Shown here piece by piece: positions 36,281 to 49,400 of a stretch of 64,000 nt of DNA. The DNA lies in NCBI RefSeq assembly GCF_009914755.1, contig NC_060929.1; one strand, given 5' to 3'. Source of the stretch: the human T2T-CHM13v2.0 reference genome, Homo sapiens. The first letter of the stretch is position 1, and each line of letters opens with the position of its first letter. The notes beneath the pieces are model-generated. The model was given only the letters and a program-made list of their open reading frames with translations. It ran no database searches and was not told the DNA's origin. Both the position numbers and the translations under genes were made by a program.

Positions 36281-36536
36281 CCGAGGCAGGTGTATCATGA
36301 GGTCAGGAGATCGAGACCATCCTGGTTAACACGGTGAAACCCCATCTCTACTAAAAATACAAAAAATTAGCCGGGCATTGTGGCGGGCGCCTGTAGTCCC
36401 AGCTACTCGGGAGGCTGAGGCAGGAGAACGGCGTGAACCCGGGAGGCGGAGCTTGCAGTGAGCCAAATCGTGCCACTGCACTCCAGCCTGGGCGACAGAG
36501 TGAGACTCCGTCTCAAAAAAAAAAAAAAAAAAAAAT
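36281..36536 (+). mobile_element. 5'-truncated AluY
   Basis: AluY diagnostics (ggcgtgaacccgggaggcggagcttgcag; gagatcgagaccatcctgg), 21-A tail, 18-bp TSD AGAACTGCACATGTTGGG at 36263-36280 and 36537-36554. Confidence 0.96.
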
Positions 36537-39500
36537 AGAACTGCACATGTTGGGACCCTCTTCACAGCCCCTCAGGCAACCTTCTCCTAATGCCACCTCT
36601 CTCTTAGCCCCAACCCCACTGCCTCCTTGGTTTCTTAATTCCCTCTGCTTGCCCCTCCCAGAATCCCTCTCTTGGCCTCCTCAGTCTTCAGACTCAGTAC
36701 TCCTTCATCCACTTCACCCACCTCCCCTCATTTCCCAGCCCATTTCCCCATTGAGCTTGAGAGCCAGGCCCCTAGGGAGGCAATGAAGGTCCCACATTCA
36801 AAAATGCACCAGACAATCATGCCCCTACTCTGCCAGGAGTCCACCCTAGGCATAACCCCATGCGCTATTACCCGGAAAGAGCCTCCGCCTCCACTCCCTC
36901 CTTCAGCTGCATCACTCAAGAGTCCCTTGAGCTATCCCAACTTGGTGTATGCCCCACAAGGAAGGTTTGTGCCATGCTCCAGCCAGAGGGTGGAGAAGAG
37001 GGAACAAAAAACTCAAGCTACCACATGTGCATATGAAAAGAAATGTGCAGAAATGTGACTATCGTATCCAGAGTGGTGAGAGGATGGGGTTGTTTCCTAA
37101 GATTCCCTGTTATTGCATGATCTTTTCAGTAAAAAGAAAATAAATAGAAAGAGATCACATGATCACTTAAATCTTCCTGAAGGTGTGTATGAGTGCTGAA
37201 ATTAGCACATGTGGCACTGTGGGAGAAGAATTTTTCCAAGCTCTCCTCTCCCAGATAGCTGTTCCACCTCCAGGATGTCCTGTGCCCTGCTCTGCTCAGT
37301 TCTCCCAACAGGCCTGAGACTTCCATGGTACTATTACTGGAGCACCATTTTGAGTTTGAACTGTTTGGAGACTGTGGGTGTAGCCCTGCACCAGCCCTCA
37401 GTTCCTTGCCAGACTTCTCAGCTCTGGGTCACTGTTGTGAATCTCAGTGTCATCATCTCTATGTGGCAGAATGTGCAAACTGAGTTAACACCACAGTCAG
37501 GCTGGGGCCAGACCCCCCAACCCCCGATCAGAAGGTTCCAGTTCACCAAGTTGCCTGCATCCCCATGTATGGGATACCGCCTAATGAAATTTGCTGGAAT
37601 CACCCCAGCCAATACTGCTAACTTTTCTTTTATTTTCTATTCCAAAAATCTGTCAAACTCATCATCTCTGGCCCGCAAAACAAATTTATTTTTTGAGTCA
37701 TGTAGCAAAAAATTGAAGTTGAAATGCTGCGAGGGTAGAGGCTTTTGTCTTGGTGTCGGACGTCTGTGAAATCTAATGGAGTCGTTCTTTGACAACATTA
37801 TCTGTGTTTGGTTAATTTGGTGGAGTAGACAACGTCCTCCACTGAACAGGAAGAATAGAATGCACAGTCCTAGGAAAGCAGAGAGTTGGCCCATGGTAGA
37901 TAATTTCCTTCCACTATTCATCCTGCAGATAGGCACTCAATTACAGAGGTGCTCATAGGTAAATTTCCATTCATTCTTTTATCACCTTGCAAATGAAATA
38001 GTCATTTTTTAAATAGCATGAGCAGAGATGCATGTCAGTAAACAAAAGGGCAGGCCTCCTTATCACAGTATATTTTGTCCTGATTATTTGTTCTTCTATC
38101 CCGCAGAAAGCTCTGCATCTAATTCACAGGTTTGGCCACCTCTTGCCAACTTGTTCTTATTAATGCAGCCCAAACTGGGTTGCTGATGCACAGTAACAGG
38201 AACAAACCTTTCCTGAGCTCGACGTTCAGGGGCCTCGGCCCAGAGCTGAGCGGATGGAGGATAGGAAGTGCCCCTGCCCCTGAGAACTGCCTGAGTGCTG
38301 CTGGGTGGCTACTGGTACCAATTACTGGTATTAGCTTCTGGTACCAACTATGCTGCCCCATAACTGCTTATTTTCTGAAGCAGGACTCGGAGCAACCTGG
38401 AGGGGGGCACCCTGCTCCGCATAAATGGAAAGACAAGTACCCCAGATGATCCTCCAGGCAAATGCCACCTAAGGGAGCCCAGTCTTTGCAGAGCCCACCT
38501 AGTCAGGGCGATGCCCATAATCATGACTGAAAGGACTTATGAGGATGCTCCAGGGAACATTTCAGGTGTGGACTGTCAATCACGCCCACATTCTATGAAT
38601 ATGCATAAGTTTCATGGATATTCATGAGCATTCCAGCAACCTCAAAGTTCCTCCTTACAACAATAGCACAATTCCTTTTGTTGTTAAACAGCCTCTTCAC
38701 ATTAAGCGGTCTGCTGGGTCAGAAGAGGAGGCTAGGAAGAAAATATACATCTCTCCTCTCTGTTCCTCAATCTCCCAGCCAGCCAGGGCTAATATTTACT
38801 TACTGTAGCTAAAATGCTTTGTGCCTCAAAGGCAAGTGGCTGCTTTCAAAATGCAAGCATGACCCCTTGAGTGTCACTCACCTCACCCAGTGCTATATAG
38901 GGAGACTGTGTTCAAACTCCATTTCTGTAAATAGAATTCTACTTCAGAGAGTTTTTTCTTAAAACATTCTTTTATGACCAGCTTATATGGGGTCAAGGGG
39001 GCTCCTCATACTTTAAACGGAGGACAAATGGCTTAATCAAAGAGGATGTTCTGCAAACAGATGTTTAACAGCACAGGAGGGTACTCAAATTTCAGGAAGC
39101 CTGTCATGCTGCTCTCCCTTGGAACTCTGTTCCCTCTCTTTCCACCAGCTGAATTGTGCCTCTGATAGTCAGTGAGGATGCTCTGTAACCAGCAAAGAGC
39201 TGTAGGTATGTGGGCCGTTGAGGCAACGCCCTGGAAACCAAGAGGTCTTTGGTAAACAGGATAGGGCAGGGAGAACCACAGGGTTATCTCTTGAAGCTGA
39301 GACGGCCAGTGGGTCATGTCCTCTCACCGCAAAATCCAAATGGAACTAAGGGAGACCCAAGTCACACATCTAGACAGCTTAACTTATGAGTGAATCTTGT
39401 CCCTGATGGTAGAGACAGTGTCTTCTCCTCACGCTTACGATGGTGCCTTCTGGGAGAACCTCCTTGATTTCCAGCCTGAATCCTCCCTGCCCTAGACTTC

Positions 39501-40656
39501 CTGCGCTCAGCTTCCCAGGCACTCGGACACTGCCTTCTGCTGCCTTGGATTTTTTCTGCTTCTGTCTCTACCCACCAAGCACTATGAACTCCTTAAAAAA
39601 AGGGGAGTTCATCTGCACGACCTGCAATAGATCCTTGTTAGATTACACAGAGAACTTCACGTTTCTAAGGCATGAAATGTGAAATCCTCCACTGAGGCTT
39701 TACTTTTTAATATAGTCAAATATTTTATTTTTCCCCAGAATTTAAACTTCTATCAAAGTTGTCACTGCAAACTAGAATGCATCTTTAAGACATAGTGCAT
39801 CTCTAACAGAACACAACATGTGGCTTTTCTAAGTAGCCAGGGTGCTGAGAGCTCGTGGAGCCCTCGGGGCTAGACCCAGGGAGAACAGAGGAGGAGAGTG
39901 TCCCAGGACAGAGCAGGCTCAAAGGAGCGAAGCCATGTTGTTCAATCTGGGGCACATCTGGTGATGCTCAATCTCCAGTCCTGATGGTCCAAGCCAATTA
40001 ACTGCTACCAGACATGACTCTTGTCATCTTGTCCTCAAACCCACCCAGGCTTGAGGGCTAGTGTGAAGCAGGAACTGAGGAGAACACCCGCAGCTGGAAG
40101 TCCAGATGTTAAGGGACTTCAGTGTGAACTTCGCAGTATTAAAAATAAAATCAAAAAATTAAAGAGAAAAGTTAAGTATGCTATCTTGGCTTGTTTCCTT
40201 CAGGATGACTTTGAAAGCCTGATGGTGAAACTGAGCCTTCCGAAATATTTTCCCTCACATCTCCCCCAAAGTCAGTGAAAGAGGACATCCGGGAACAAGC
40301 CAGCTGGGATTGCACTCAGCTGCCCCTCCATGCTTCTGTGCTGGAGGAGAAGATGGAAAAACCCAGAGCCAACCTGAAAACCCAAACACCACAAAGGGCA
40401 AATGTACCCTTCACTCACTCCCCGCCCCCCGCCACCCCCCACCGCCCCCGCACACAAACAAAACACAACTGAACCTGGAAAATAGAATAGAAAAAGGAAT
40501 TCAGTGAACCACCAGGACTGTCAGGACGTGTGGTCACTAGCAGCTCAATCTGCTCACTTCAAGGGCAGTTCTTTTGGACAGGTTGTGTGAACTTGAGTAT
40601 AAGAGCCAGAGAAAAGAGGGCCATTTCCTAGTGGTAGGTATAATAAGAGGACCTCA

Positions 40657-40959
40657 GGCCAGGTGCGGTGGCTCACGCCTGTAATCCTAGCATCTTGGGA
40701 GGCCAAGATGGGTGGATCACTTGAGGTCAGGGGTTCGAGACCGGCCTGGCCAACATGGTGAAACCCCATCTCTACTAAAAATACAAAAAATTAGCTGGGC
40801 ATGGTGGTGCATGCCTATAATCCCAGCTACTCAGGAGTCTGAGGCAGGAGAATTGCTTGAACCCAGGAGGTGGAGGTGCAGTGGGCAGAGATCGCACCAC
40901 TGCACTCCAGCCTGGGTGACAGAGGGAGACACTGTCTCAAAAAAAAAAAAAAAAAAAAA
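40657..40959 (+). mobile_element. Full-length Alu (AluSz/Sx-like)
   Basis: Dimeric Alu with poly(A); TSD GACCTCA at 40650-40656 and 40960-40966. Confidence 0.97.
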
Positions 40960-41434
40960 GACCTCAGAGGGTAATGTGGTTGCTGAAGATGGTGTGGCAG
41001 ACAGAGGAGTGCAGGAGTATCTTTTGCTACCCCCAAAGCTCTCAGTCTGGTGTGTCCCAGCATCCCCTCCTGGGCCTGCACCCCACTTTCAGTAGAATTG
41101 GTCTCAACAAACAAGATCTGGGGTTTCAAAAGCTCCAAGAAATAAAGTCCACCCCCCAAGTCAGGATAGCACCAAAAATGGAAAAAAAAAAAAGAAAAAA
41201 AGAACATCATATAGAAATAAATCCCAAACTACCATGTGGCCAGATGAGACTAGTTCACAGAGACAGAAGGAAGGAGTAAGGACCAGTGTGAGGACTATAC
41301 CTGAAGCTGCCAATGCCATGCGTCCCACAGCTGTTAGAGGCTGCATGGAAACTGGAAGGTATGACTTCTTCTTCTGTGTGAGGTCTTCCCAGCCTGACAG
41401 TCCAGACCAGGAGGACACCACTGCCTTCCAACCA

Positions 41435-41620
41435 GTCCAGAGACATTAATTGAGCACCTGCTATTTTCCAGGCCTGGTGCAGGGGTCTGGGAATATCATG
41501 ATGCACAAAGGCAGACCAGGGCTGCCCTCAAGGCATTCTGGCTCAGCTTGGGATATAGACATTCAATACACAATTACACAAAGAGGAGCAATGCACTGAT
41601 AGGCGGGACAGGTGCTTCAA
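41435..41620 (-). mobile_element. L2 3' fragment
   Basis: acattaattgagcacctgctattttccaggcctggtgc...gctgccctcaagg. Confidence 0.7.
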
Positions 41621-42002
41621 GGCTGTAAGTCTCTTTCAAAGACTGCCACATGTGCCACAGACTCGGCTCATTCTTGACAGCAGGGAGAGCCTGGGAATGA
41701 CACCTAAGGACCTCCTCTGCATAAAACCTGCCCATGCAGATCTTCTGGCTTTTGAGGATCTGACTCCTGGAGCCACCACTAACTACTAGGGTTGCCCCTC
41801 TTACAAATGACACCTGGGGGCTGGCCCAGAACTTCCAGGCTATCAGAATCCTCCAGTTCTTCTGGCACAGCCTTCCCAGGAGCCTGTGTCCAGCTCTCCA
41901 GACATGATGGCTACAGGATTTGCATTTCGAAAATTCAGTTGCCTTTCCCATTGCCTCATGCCAAATTAATCAGCCTCAAACACCACCTTTATCTCATCAT
42001 TC

Positions 42003-42641
42003 TGAAGCTGCGTTGTTGTCTGTGGTAATATCCAAGGTCCATTGTCTCATGCCAAGAAAATTAAGGACAGGGACACATACAAGGCATGAGTTTAGGAGCA
42101 GGGGTTTAACAAGCAAAAGAAAGAGAAAGAAGAATATCTCTCTCTCCTGCGAGAGAGAAAGGGGCGCCCAAGTGGGAATTCTGGCCCACAGCGGAGTGCA
42201 CCAGATTTTATAGACAGGCTTGAGGAGGCAGTGTCTGATTTACATAGGGCCCAAAGATTCGTTGGACCAGGTGTGACGTTTACATAAAATGTGGGGAAAC
42301 TGACTGCCCCACCTAACCTTATTATGCAAATGGGGTCTTTGCCCGGCCAGCACCATGTTGCCTGTTCCTCACTGCACATGTGACTGGCAAAGAGAAGGGA
42401 AGATGAAGCCACCATTTTGAACACACCTAGTCCCAGGTAGTCTTCTCTTATTGGCACAACTGCTGGCATTCACCTGCGCAAGCTTCCAGCTTGCTTGTCT
42501 ATGCTTGCAGCTCGATTTTACAGGCTGCTTTTTGTTAGAAAAGAAAATTATTTGGGGGCTGCTTTTCGTTAAAAGGAAAACCTTACCAGGGGCTCCCATA
42601 CCGTCACTATCTGCCTAAATAATTTCTTAAGTCCTATATCA
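42003..42641 (-). mobile_element. ERV1 solo LTR (LTR9 family)
   Basis: Reverse complement begins tgatataggacttaagaaattatttaggcagatagtga; TG...CA ends; perfect 4-bp TSD ATTC at 41999-42002 and 42642-42645. Confidence 0.85.
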
Positions 42642-43339
42642 ATTCCACTCCTCAAAAGTGCATTATTTCCAAGCAGGCAGTCGTGGGCCTGTCCAGCTCT
42701 ATTTCCCTTATGCACCCAAACAAAACCTCTACTTTTGAAGAAAAAACAAAGGTTATTGAGTTCTGATATAGACAATTAGCAAGCTGTCACACTTACCCTA
42801 GACCTCTTCATAATCCCTTTCCTCTTCACCACTTCCCCCGAGCACTTTGAGCTACTTCCACCTCAAGGTTTGGTTTCATACCTAGGGGGCCCTTTCATAT
42901 CTTTATTCTCCCTGCCCTTCAAGGCTTGCTCAGGACTTGCCTCTTCCATGCAGCCTTCCTAGATTGCTCTCATAAATGGGTGTCTAAAATCCTATCCTGA
43001 ACAAAAGCTCCCAGCATCCTGGGTACACCCTGGGACTCAGCCAGCAGGACTGCTGCCCGAGGCATCCCCAAGAAGCATGTCTTACACACCCAACCCTGAG
43101 CCGCCTTGGGCCTGAGAATTCCTCAAACACAAATCAGCAAAAGGCCAAAAACTGACAGTTCATGCCTGACACCACACAGGGCTAAGGAGTTTTAGACTTT
43201 TTCTGGTTTGGCTTCTGTACTTTTAATCAAGTTTACCTTCACCTTTGCTGTTCTCTTTCCCTGCTCAGCCTCTAAATATGGGAAGGCCCTAAAGCCTCAG
43301 GTTTCCAGAACTCTGCCATTCCCCATCTACCCTCACACC

Positions 43340-44440
43340 CCTGGGGAGCCCATCCAGATCTGCAGTTGTAAATGTCACATAGGTGCCCATGGCTTCCTTG
43401 TTTCTATCACAGGCCCAGACCTTTCCTCTGAGCTGTATCCTGGGTCGTAGACTCAAGACCCTCCTCCTTGTCTTCACTTGGAATGTCTAATGTAAGCTTT
43501 AGCTCAACATGTCTGAAACTGCACTCTTAATAACCCTCTTAATTCCCACCTGTTGCAGAATTCATTTCCCCCACCCAGGCCTCTTCATCTCAGTAAAGGA
43601 CACCATCATTCAAGTATCCAGCTGCTCAGGATAAACATCTAGGCATCGTCCATATGCCTCTCTTTCCCTCATATTCCACAGCCGAATAATCAGCCACTCC
43701 ACACAGCTCTACCTCCAAAATAAATCTTGAATTCAACCACCTCTTTCCACTTCCACTGCGTCATCCTTGTTCACTTACTACCATGTCTTGCCTGGGAGGA
43801 CCCTCTTCAGTGGTCTTCCTGCTTCCAGACTTGCACCTCTGTGGTCCACCCTCCACTAAGGGGCCAGAGTGGTCACATCACTCCCAGATTGAAACCCTGC
43901 AGGGTTCCCAGAGTCTCAGACTAAAATCGGAACCCCTTACCATGGCTACAAGTTCCCCCATGATCTGTCCCCTGACACTTCTCCATCCCCAGTTCCTATC
44001 ACACCCTTCCTATGGGTCTTCCTTCTGGTTCTCAAACACACCAGGCTTGGTGAAGCCTTAGGGCCTTTGCACCAGCTGATCCCTCTACCTAAAACATTGA
44101 TTTTTCACATTTCTGCATGATGGGCTTCTTGTCATTCAAATCTCAACTCAAGTATCATCTCCTCAGAGAGGCTTTCCTAGACAATCCAGTTTAAGGTCCC
44201 CACTCCATCCCCCATCATTTTCTACTCAGTGTCCCCACTTTATTTTACATCCATGCAGCTATCACTGCCTAAAGGCATCTTGTTCATTTATTTACATACC
44301 TGTTTATTGTCTGCCTCCACTACAGAATGTAAGCTCCAGGGGTGTAGGAGCTTACCTGCCTCGTCCACCACTGCATCCCAGTGCTCAGGAAAGTGCCTAG
44401 CACTTGGGAGATGCTTAGTACATTCATGATTGTTGAATAT
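43340..44440 (+). mobile_element. L2 3' 1.1 kb
   Basis: cccagacctttcctctgagct; ctcaacatgtctgaaactgcactc; agggcctttgcac; terminus gtgcctagcacttgggagatgcttagtacattcatgattgttgaat. Confidence 0.88.
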
Positions 44441-44726
44441 TTCCCAACTCTATGACCTGGGGGCTCGGCTGCTTCCTTCATGGTAGCACTTCTGCTCTGA
44501 ACGAAGAAAAAACATAAACTGGGCTGAGGTTTCCAAAAGACAGTTCAGTGGAAGATGGCTCCCTTTGGCCATCGTGTTAACATTCTGTTGATTGGCTTTC
44601 CAGGAAGAACAGACTCTGGCAAAGGAGAGGCTAATATGGGCCAGTGAGTTTCTCAACCACATGCCCACACTCATCTCCAGAAGTCAGCAGCCTCCTGTCC
44701 AATGGAGGAGAGTCCACTCTCCTCCA

Positions 44727-45063
44727 CACTGTCCTACAGAAATGAAAGCCACGTATGTAGCTTGGAATTGTCCTGTGGACACATTTTTAAAAAGAAAAAA
44801 ATAAACGTGAAATAAATTTCAATAATACATTTTACTTAACGTAACATATCTAAAATATTGCAATTTTTCATTGCTTCAGACAAATAATAAAAATAGTATA
44901 ATTTCATCAATATACAAATTTTATTGAATATTTCACTTTTCTTGGTACCAAGGCTTCAAACACCCAAGTGTACTTTATACACATTGAACATCTCAATTTG
45001 GACTAGTCACATTTTACAGGCTCAGTAGTTACATGCGGCTAATGGCTGCTATATTGAACTGTG
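44727..45063. mobile_element. MER33-like hAT-Charlie element
   Basis: aaataaatttcaataatacattttacttaac...catctcaatttggactagtcacatttt...gctaatggctgctatattgaac. Confidence 0.8.
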
Positions 45064-46524
45064 GGGACCTAAAATAACCAAGCTTCACACATGTAGATTT
45101 GAGGAAAGCATAATGTCAAATGTAGGATTCATTTTGTTCTCATATGTTTAATCTTTTTACACAATGCAGGTTTTCTTGCCATAAGACTAAAACACAAAGG
45201 CTGCACTGATTTTTCTTCTTTTCCCCTACATTTTTGCAATACTTTCCTTTGGCATGCCTTAAATTTGCTGCATGTGTAAATAATGGGCACCAGCCCTTCC
45301 CTGCCAAAAAACAGAAGCAGTGTTTCTCCCCATCCCCATGGCATTGCTACCATCAGGCTCCTATATTTCCTGGCTTTGAGTTCACTGAGAGACTATTATA
45401 GTTTATTAACTGACTTTAATAGGGATCTGCTTCTAATAGCAGAATTAATGAATCCTATAAACCAGTTGCACAGGGTGAGAGCAACTCCATTGCAAAGAGA
45501 CAATATGCTTATTTGGAAATCTGAGCATGTGTAGGAATCATACACCTTCATATTAACAAATCTCTCCCCTGACTCCTACAACTCGCTAATTGTACTGGGC
45601 TAAACACCAGGCAACGGGGGCTGGGAAACCAGGGACTGTCACCAACAAGGACAGCAACAGCCTGCTGAAGTAAGAACACAAAACCTGACACTAATACTTC
45701 TCAGGCTTGCCTCTTTGGGTGGATCCAATGTGGGAAGAGTGAGAAATTTAACTGAATTTGATGCAGTGAGTTTTTCCTGAGGGCTGGCTGGGTCTTCGTG
45801 CAAGGTTCTGGGGAGGAGAAAGGGAGGAACTGGGCAGGATGTGCATCCTCCGGTTGGAGGTTGCACGGAAGCCACGTGGAATGTGAAAAGCCGTCTTCCA
45901 GTGCTCAGCATAACAAGCACGTTCCTGTCTTGGAAACTGAATCGGGCAGGAGTCCCTGGGTGTGGCTGGAGGGTGTTGGTGGATAATCTGTATTCCACAC
46001 CAGTGCCCCTGACACATCACAGCAGAGAGTGACACCACCCAGCCCGGGAGCTAGGTCACACTGGAAATAAGATGATGGAGAAAAACACAAGGGATGGCTG
46101 CAGACTTCCTCCTACTCCTTTCTTTTGGTGTTCTGGAGAGAAAAGGTTCAGATGACTTAGTGGACCAGAAAGTTAATCTTGCCCTCACAAAAAAATAAGG
46201 GCCAGAGAAGGCACAGATGGTGAAAAGCAGCATTAAAGGCAAGCAGTAAACCAAACAACTATGTTGAGAGCGGAAGTCTGTCCAGTCAGCAAGCAGGGAT
46301 CAGAGGGTGGCCACCGTCAGTGTCATTTTGAAACAAATTGCAACAATGAGAAAGATGTTTAAAATTATCTGGAAAATGGAGTAAGACACCTCAGTGATGA
46401 GAAATAACTAGAGTGTAGTAAGGGAAGTTCTAAACTGTGCCCTAAGTGTTTATATTTTCTCAAATTGTGCTCCAATTTGTTTCCTCTCATACTGCACACA
46501 TGCATGTGAGCTACATGGCTTGTT

Positions 46525-46668
46525 CCAGGGGCTTCTCAAATCCAGCTCGCATCAGAACCAAGCCCAGGGCCTCACCACAGAACAACTGAATCCAAATCTC
46601 AGTGCAAGAGGTCTGGGTATCAATATGTGATTTTGTGGTACAGCCAGGGTTGAAAACCACCACTCTAG
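46525..46668. mobile_element. MER5-type hAT MITE
   Basis: caggggcttctcaaa...gcatcagaa...actgaatccaaatct...cagggttgaaaaccac. Confidence 0.7.
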
Positions 46669-46709
46669 GATAAGACCCGTGGCCTAAAAGGACAGAGATA
46701 TGGATACTG

Positions 46710-46872
46710 ATCCTCTAATGAAGAAGATTCTAACAGGTCAGGCTGCTCTTGGAGTCATCAACATGGCAAAAGAGTGAGCTCCTGTAGCTGGAAGGGGTCT
46801 TGCAGGGAATAACTAGAGCAGAGGAGATTCTTGAACTATTTGGCTAAAGTAGCTTCCAAATCTTAGATAAGA
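46710..46872 (+). mobile_element. L3/CR1-like 3' fragment
   Basis: gagtgagctcctgtagctggaagg...ttccaaatcttagat. Confidence 0.45.
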
Positions 46873-47139
46873 GAATTATAAATCAAAGGCTTCATGATGA
46901 TTTTTCTGGGAAGGGTGCAGTTTCCATTTCCTAACTCAGGACCTGAGGTCTGGACAATGCCTCCTGCCTGATTTATGTTTGAGAGGTGGCCTGAGAGATT
47001 CACGTTGGGTAAAAAGCCTGAGGCTTTCTGGACTATTTCCGTGGTTTATGGGAGCAATGAAACAGAATGCTCGAAATACGACTGTCCTCAGAAATGTAAG
47101 ATGTGGCACAGTGGTAAGGGTAATTGGCTGGCTCATGTG

Positions 47140-47320
47140 CCAGGGTTCGCACACTGGAGATCAGAATTACCTGGGGGAATCTGGTTTCAAAATACACATC
47201 CCCAGGCCCTTCCTCCAAATCTACTAAAGCAGAATATTAGGGGTACGGTTTGGGAATCGTATTTTTAAATATTTTCCCCCAAGTGTTTCTGGCACAAAGT
47301 CAGGTCTGAAAATGTTTGGT
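47140..47320. mobile_element. MER5-type hAT MITE
   Basis: tcagaattacctggggg...ccccaggccc...gggaatcgtatttttaaa. Confidence 0.7.
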
Positions 47321-48679
47321 GTATAGTTTTCCCTTATCCACAGGCGGGAAAGTTTAGGTGATTGGCCCACACAGCAATACCCTAAAAGCTCTGGCTTCTT
47401 GATACAAGTACCCAGAATTGTACCCAGGGCCCCAAAAGGAAGTCCAGATTCCCGTAGGGTTGACCAGGCAATCCCATGCATTATACAGACCAACAAAGAC
47501 ACTCCAGCCTGACATTTACAAAGACCTGGAGAATCATTTAAAGCAAAACATAATGACATGTCTATTATACAATACAGAGGAAGACAAGAAGGATAGAGTT
47601 AAGCGGGCTCTGGACAGCCAGGGAAGGTTCCTTAGAGCCTTACAGAACAAGTAGGATCTTCATTCATGGAGAGGAGACCTGAGTGAAGTAGCCAAAGACT
47701 AGGGGGCCATACTGAGCACCCTGGAAGCTGACCTATCTGAAGGTGAGGACGCTTGTGAGGCAAGTGGGCTCCCTGCAGTGAGGGCACATGGTAGAGTGGA
47801 GGCCTTGCACTCTGGGCTGCTGGAGCTACTCCAAATACATGGTTCCCAGCTCCAGCTCTCCAGGACCACCTGGGAAAAGGCAGGGTCTGACAGTGTGGAG
47901 TCAGGTGGGCAGTCTACACTGTCCAGGTGACCTGCTTAGGATGCAGGTTGTCTCTGCTGATTCGGATCCTTCCAAAGTTTGCACAGTCCTGGTTTGCTCA
48001 GCACGACTCTTCCCTCCTAGAGATGAAAAGCCCAGGGAAAGCCATTTACAATGGAGATGCTGACCTGTCACTCCACAGAAGCCTGAAGGATGGCACATCG
48101 ATCGGCTCCCAGGCCCTGCAACTCCCAGATAACCCCCAGGTGAGGCCAACACCACCAATCCCCACTAGAGTGTCTAAGCGAGCAAGTGCTGAGAGGTTTG
48201 GCCATTGAGTAACAGATAAAATATTGTAGCTCTCCAAACCCCACGAGTGTCATTCTGAGGGGAAAATAACATTATAGGTTTGTTTGAGGTCATTGGCTAA
48301 TTAGGTGAAATGAATAAGTAGATTTTAAAAGCCACACTGCCAGCAACTCTTCAGATTGAGGCACTGACCCTTCCTCTCTTACCTGAGCTCTGGAGACTTG
48401 GGGAAAAAGTCATGGCACCAGGTGGCCCCAGGGAGGGCCTAGCCTCTGCTGCTTAGCTGAAGCTCTGAACCAAACTGGGAGGAAGCGGCAGGGAGATCAG
48501 GGGTGTAAAGACTGCTGTACTCCAGGCAGCCCCCATTCAAGCCTCCCATGGCTCCTTGCTGCCCACAGATACCCAGGCCCAGGCCCACTGCCTCACTTGC
48601 CCTTCCCAGTGGCATCCCCAACACTCCTGGGCCAACCTGAGAAAGCAACACACACATCTAGAAACAAACTCTCATGTGT

Positions 48680-48880
48680 TGATGTTCACTACCCCGCTGT
48701 GTTAAGCTTTTCACTTCTATTGTTATCTTTTTAAATCCTCGCGACAGCCCTGCGAAGCTGAGTCTATTATCGTCCCCATTTAATGGATGCAAACACAGAG
48801 GCTCAGGTCACACTGCAAGTAAGGAGTGGAGCCAGGGTGTGCAAACCTTGTCTTGTCTGACTCCAAGGCCATGCACTTGT
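48680..48880 (-). mobile_element. MIR
   Basis: tttaaatcctcgcgacagccctgcgaag...ctattatcgtccccattt...agaggctcaggtcacac. Confidence 0.8.
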
Positions 48881-48901
48881 TATAACTAATGGGAGTTCCA
48901 C

Positions 48902-49400
48902 TGTATCAGTCACAGTCCGGTCAAGGAAACAGAAGCCATTCTAGGTCCTTCAAATAGAGGAGCTTTCACATAGTGAATTGCTTACCAGGTGTGGTGACAG
49001 TAAGAAGGAAGATAGGGTGACCAAAGATTAGGTAATGCAGGAAGCCAATATCTCCCCAAGGGCTGGGAGTCACAAAGGCAAGAGATAATGTGACCTAGAC
49101 CTGAAGTGTAAGAGGACCGGCTTCTGTCCCAGGAGCTGGCAGCATGGAGGAAGGGCCACAGCTGCCCCTGCCTCGGAGACACCCCTAGAAGAAGAAGACA
49201 AAGAGCAAGAGAATGAGGAAGAAGGAAGGCTCTTCTCTCTTCCAGCCCTCTGACCTCCCATGGGCAGAACTTGGCAGGGAGCCACCTGGAAAGGGAGCCC
49301 AGAAAATGCAGTCTGTGGGTGTTCTGGCCCAGAAATACAGAGTATGGAGGGGCAGGTGAAAGCTGGGACAGAGAATAAAGAAACAGCATGACCTGGCACA
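48902..49400 (-). mobile_element. ERVL solo LTR (LTR41/LTR33 group)
   Basis: tgtatcagtcacagtccggtcaaggaaacagaagcc...ccagccctctgacctcccatgggcagaac...ctggcaca. Confidence 0.7.

Noticed and set aside
36326-36786. ORFs of 79 and 117 aa (similarly 40554-41210 and 60570-61072)
   Set aside because: Standard Alu-derived translations ([23 protein letters not shown]).
37209-37769. Longest ORF in the track (186 aa)
   Set aside because: Non-ATG (GTG) start, no recognisable domain, no supporting splice structure; overlaps an enhancer-like block and is within chance expectation for 64 kb.
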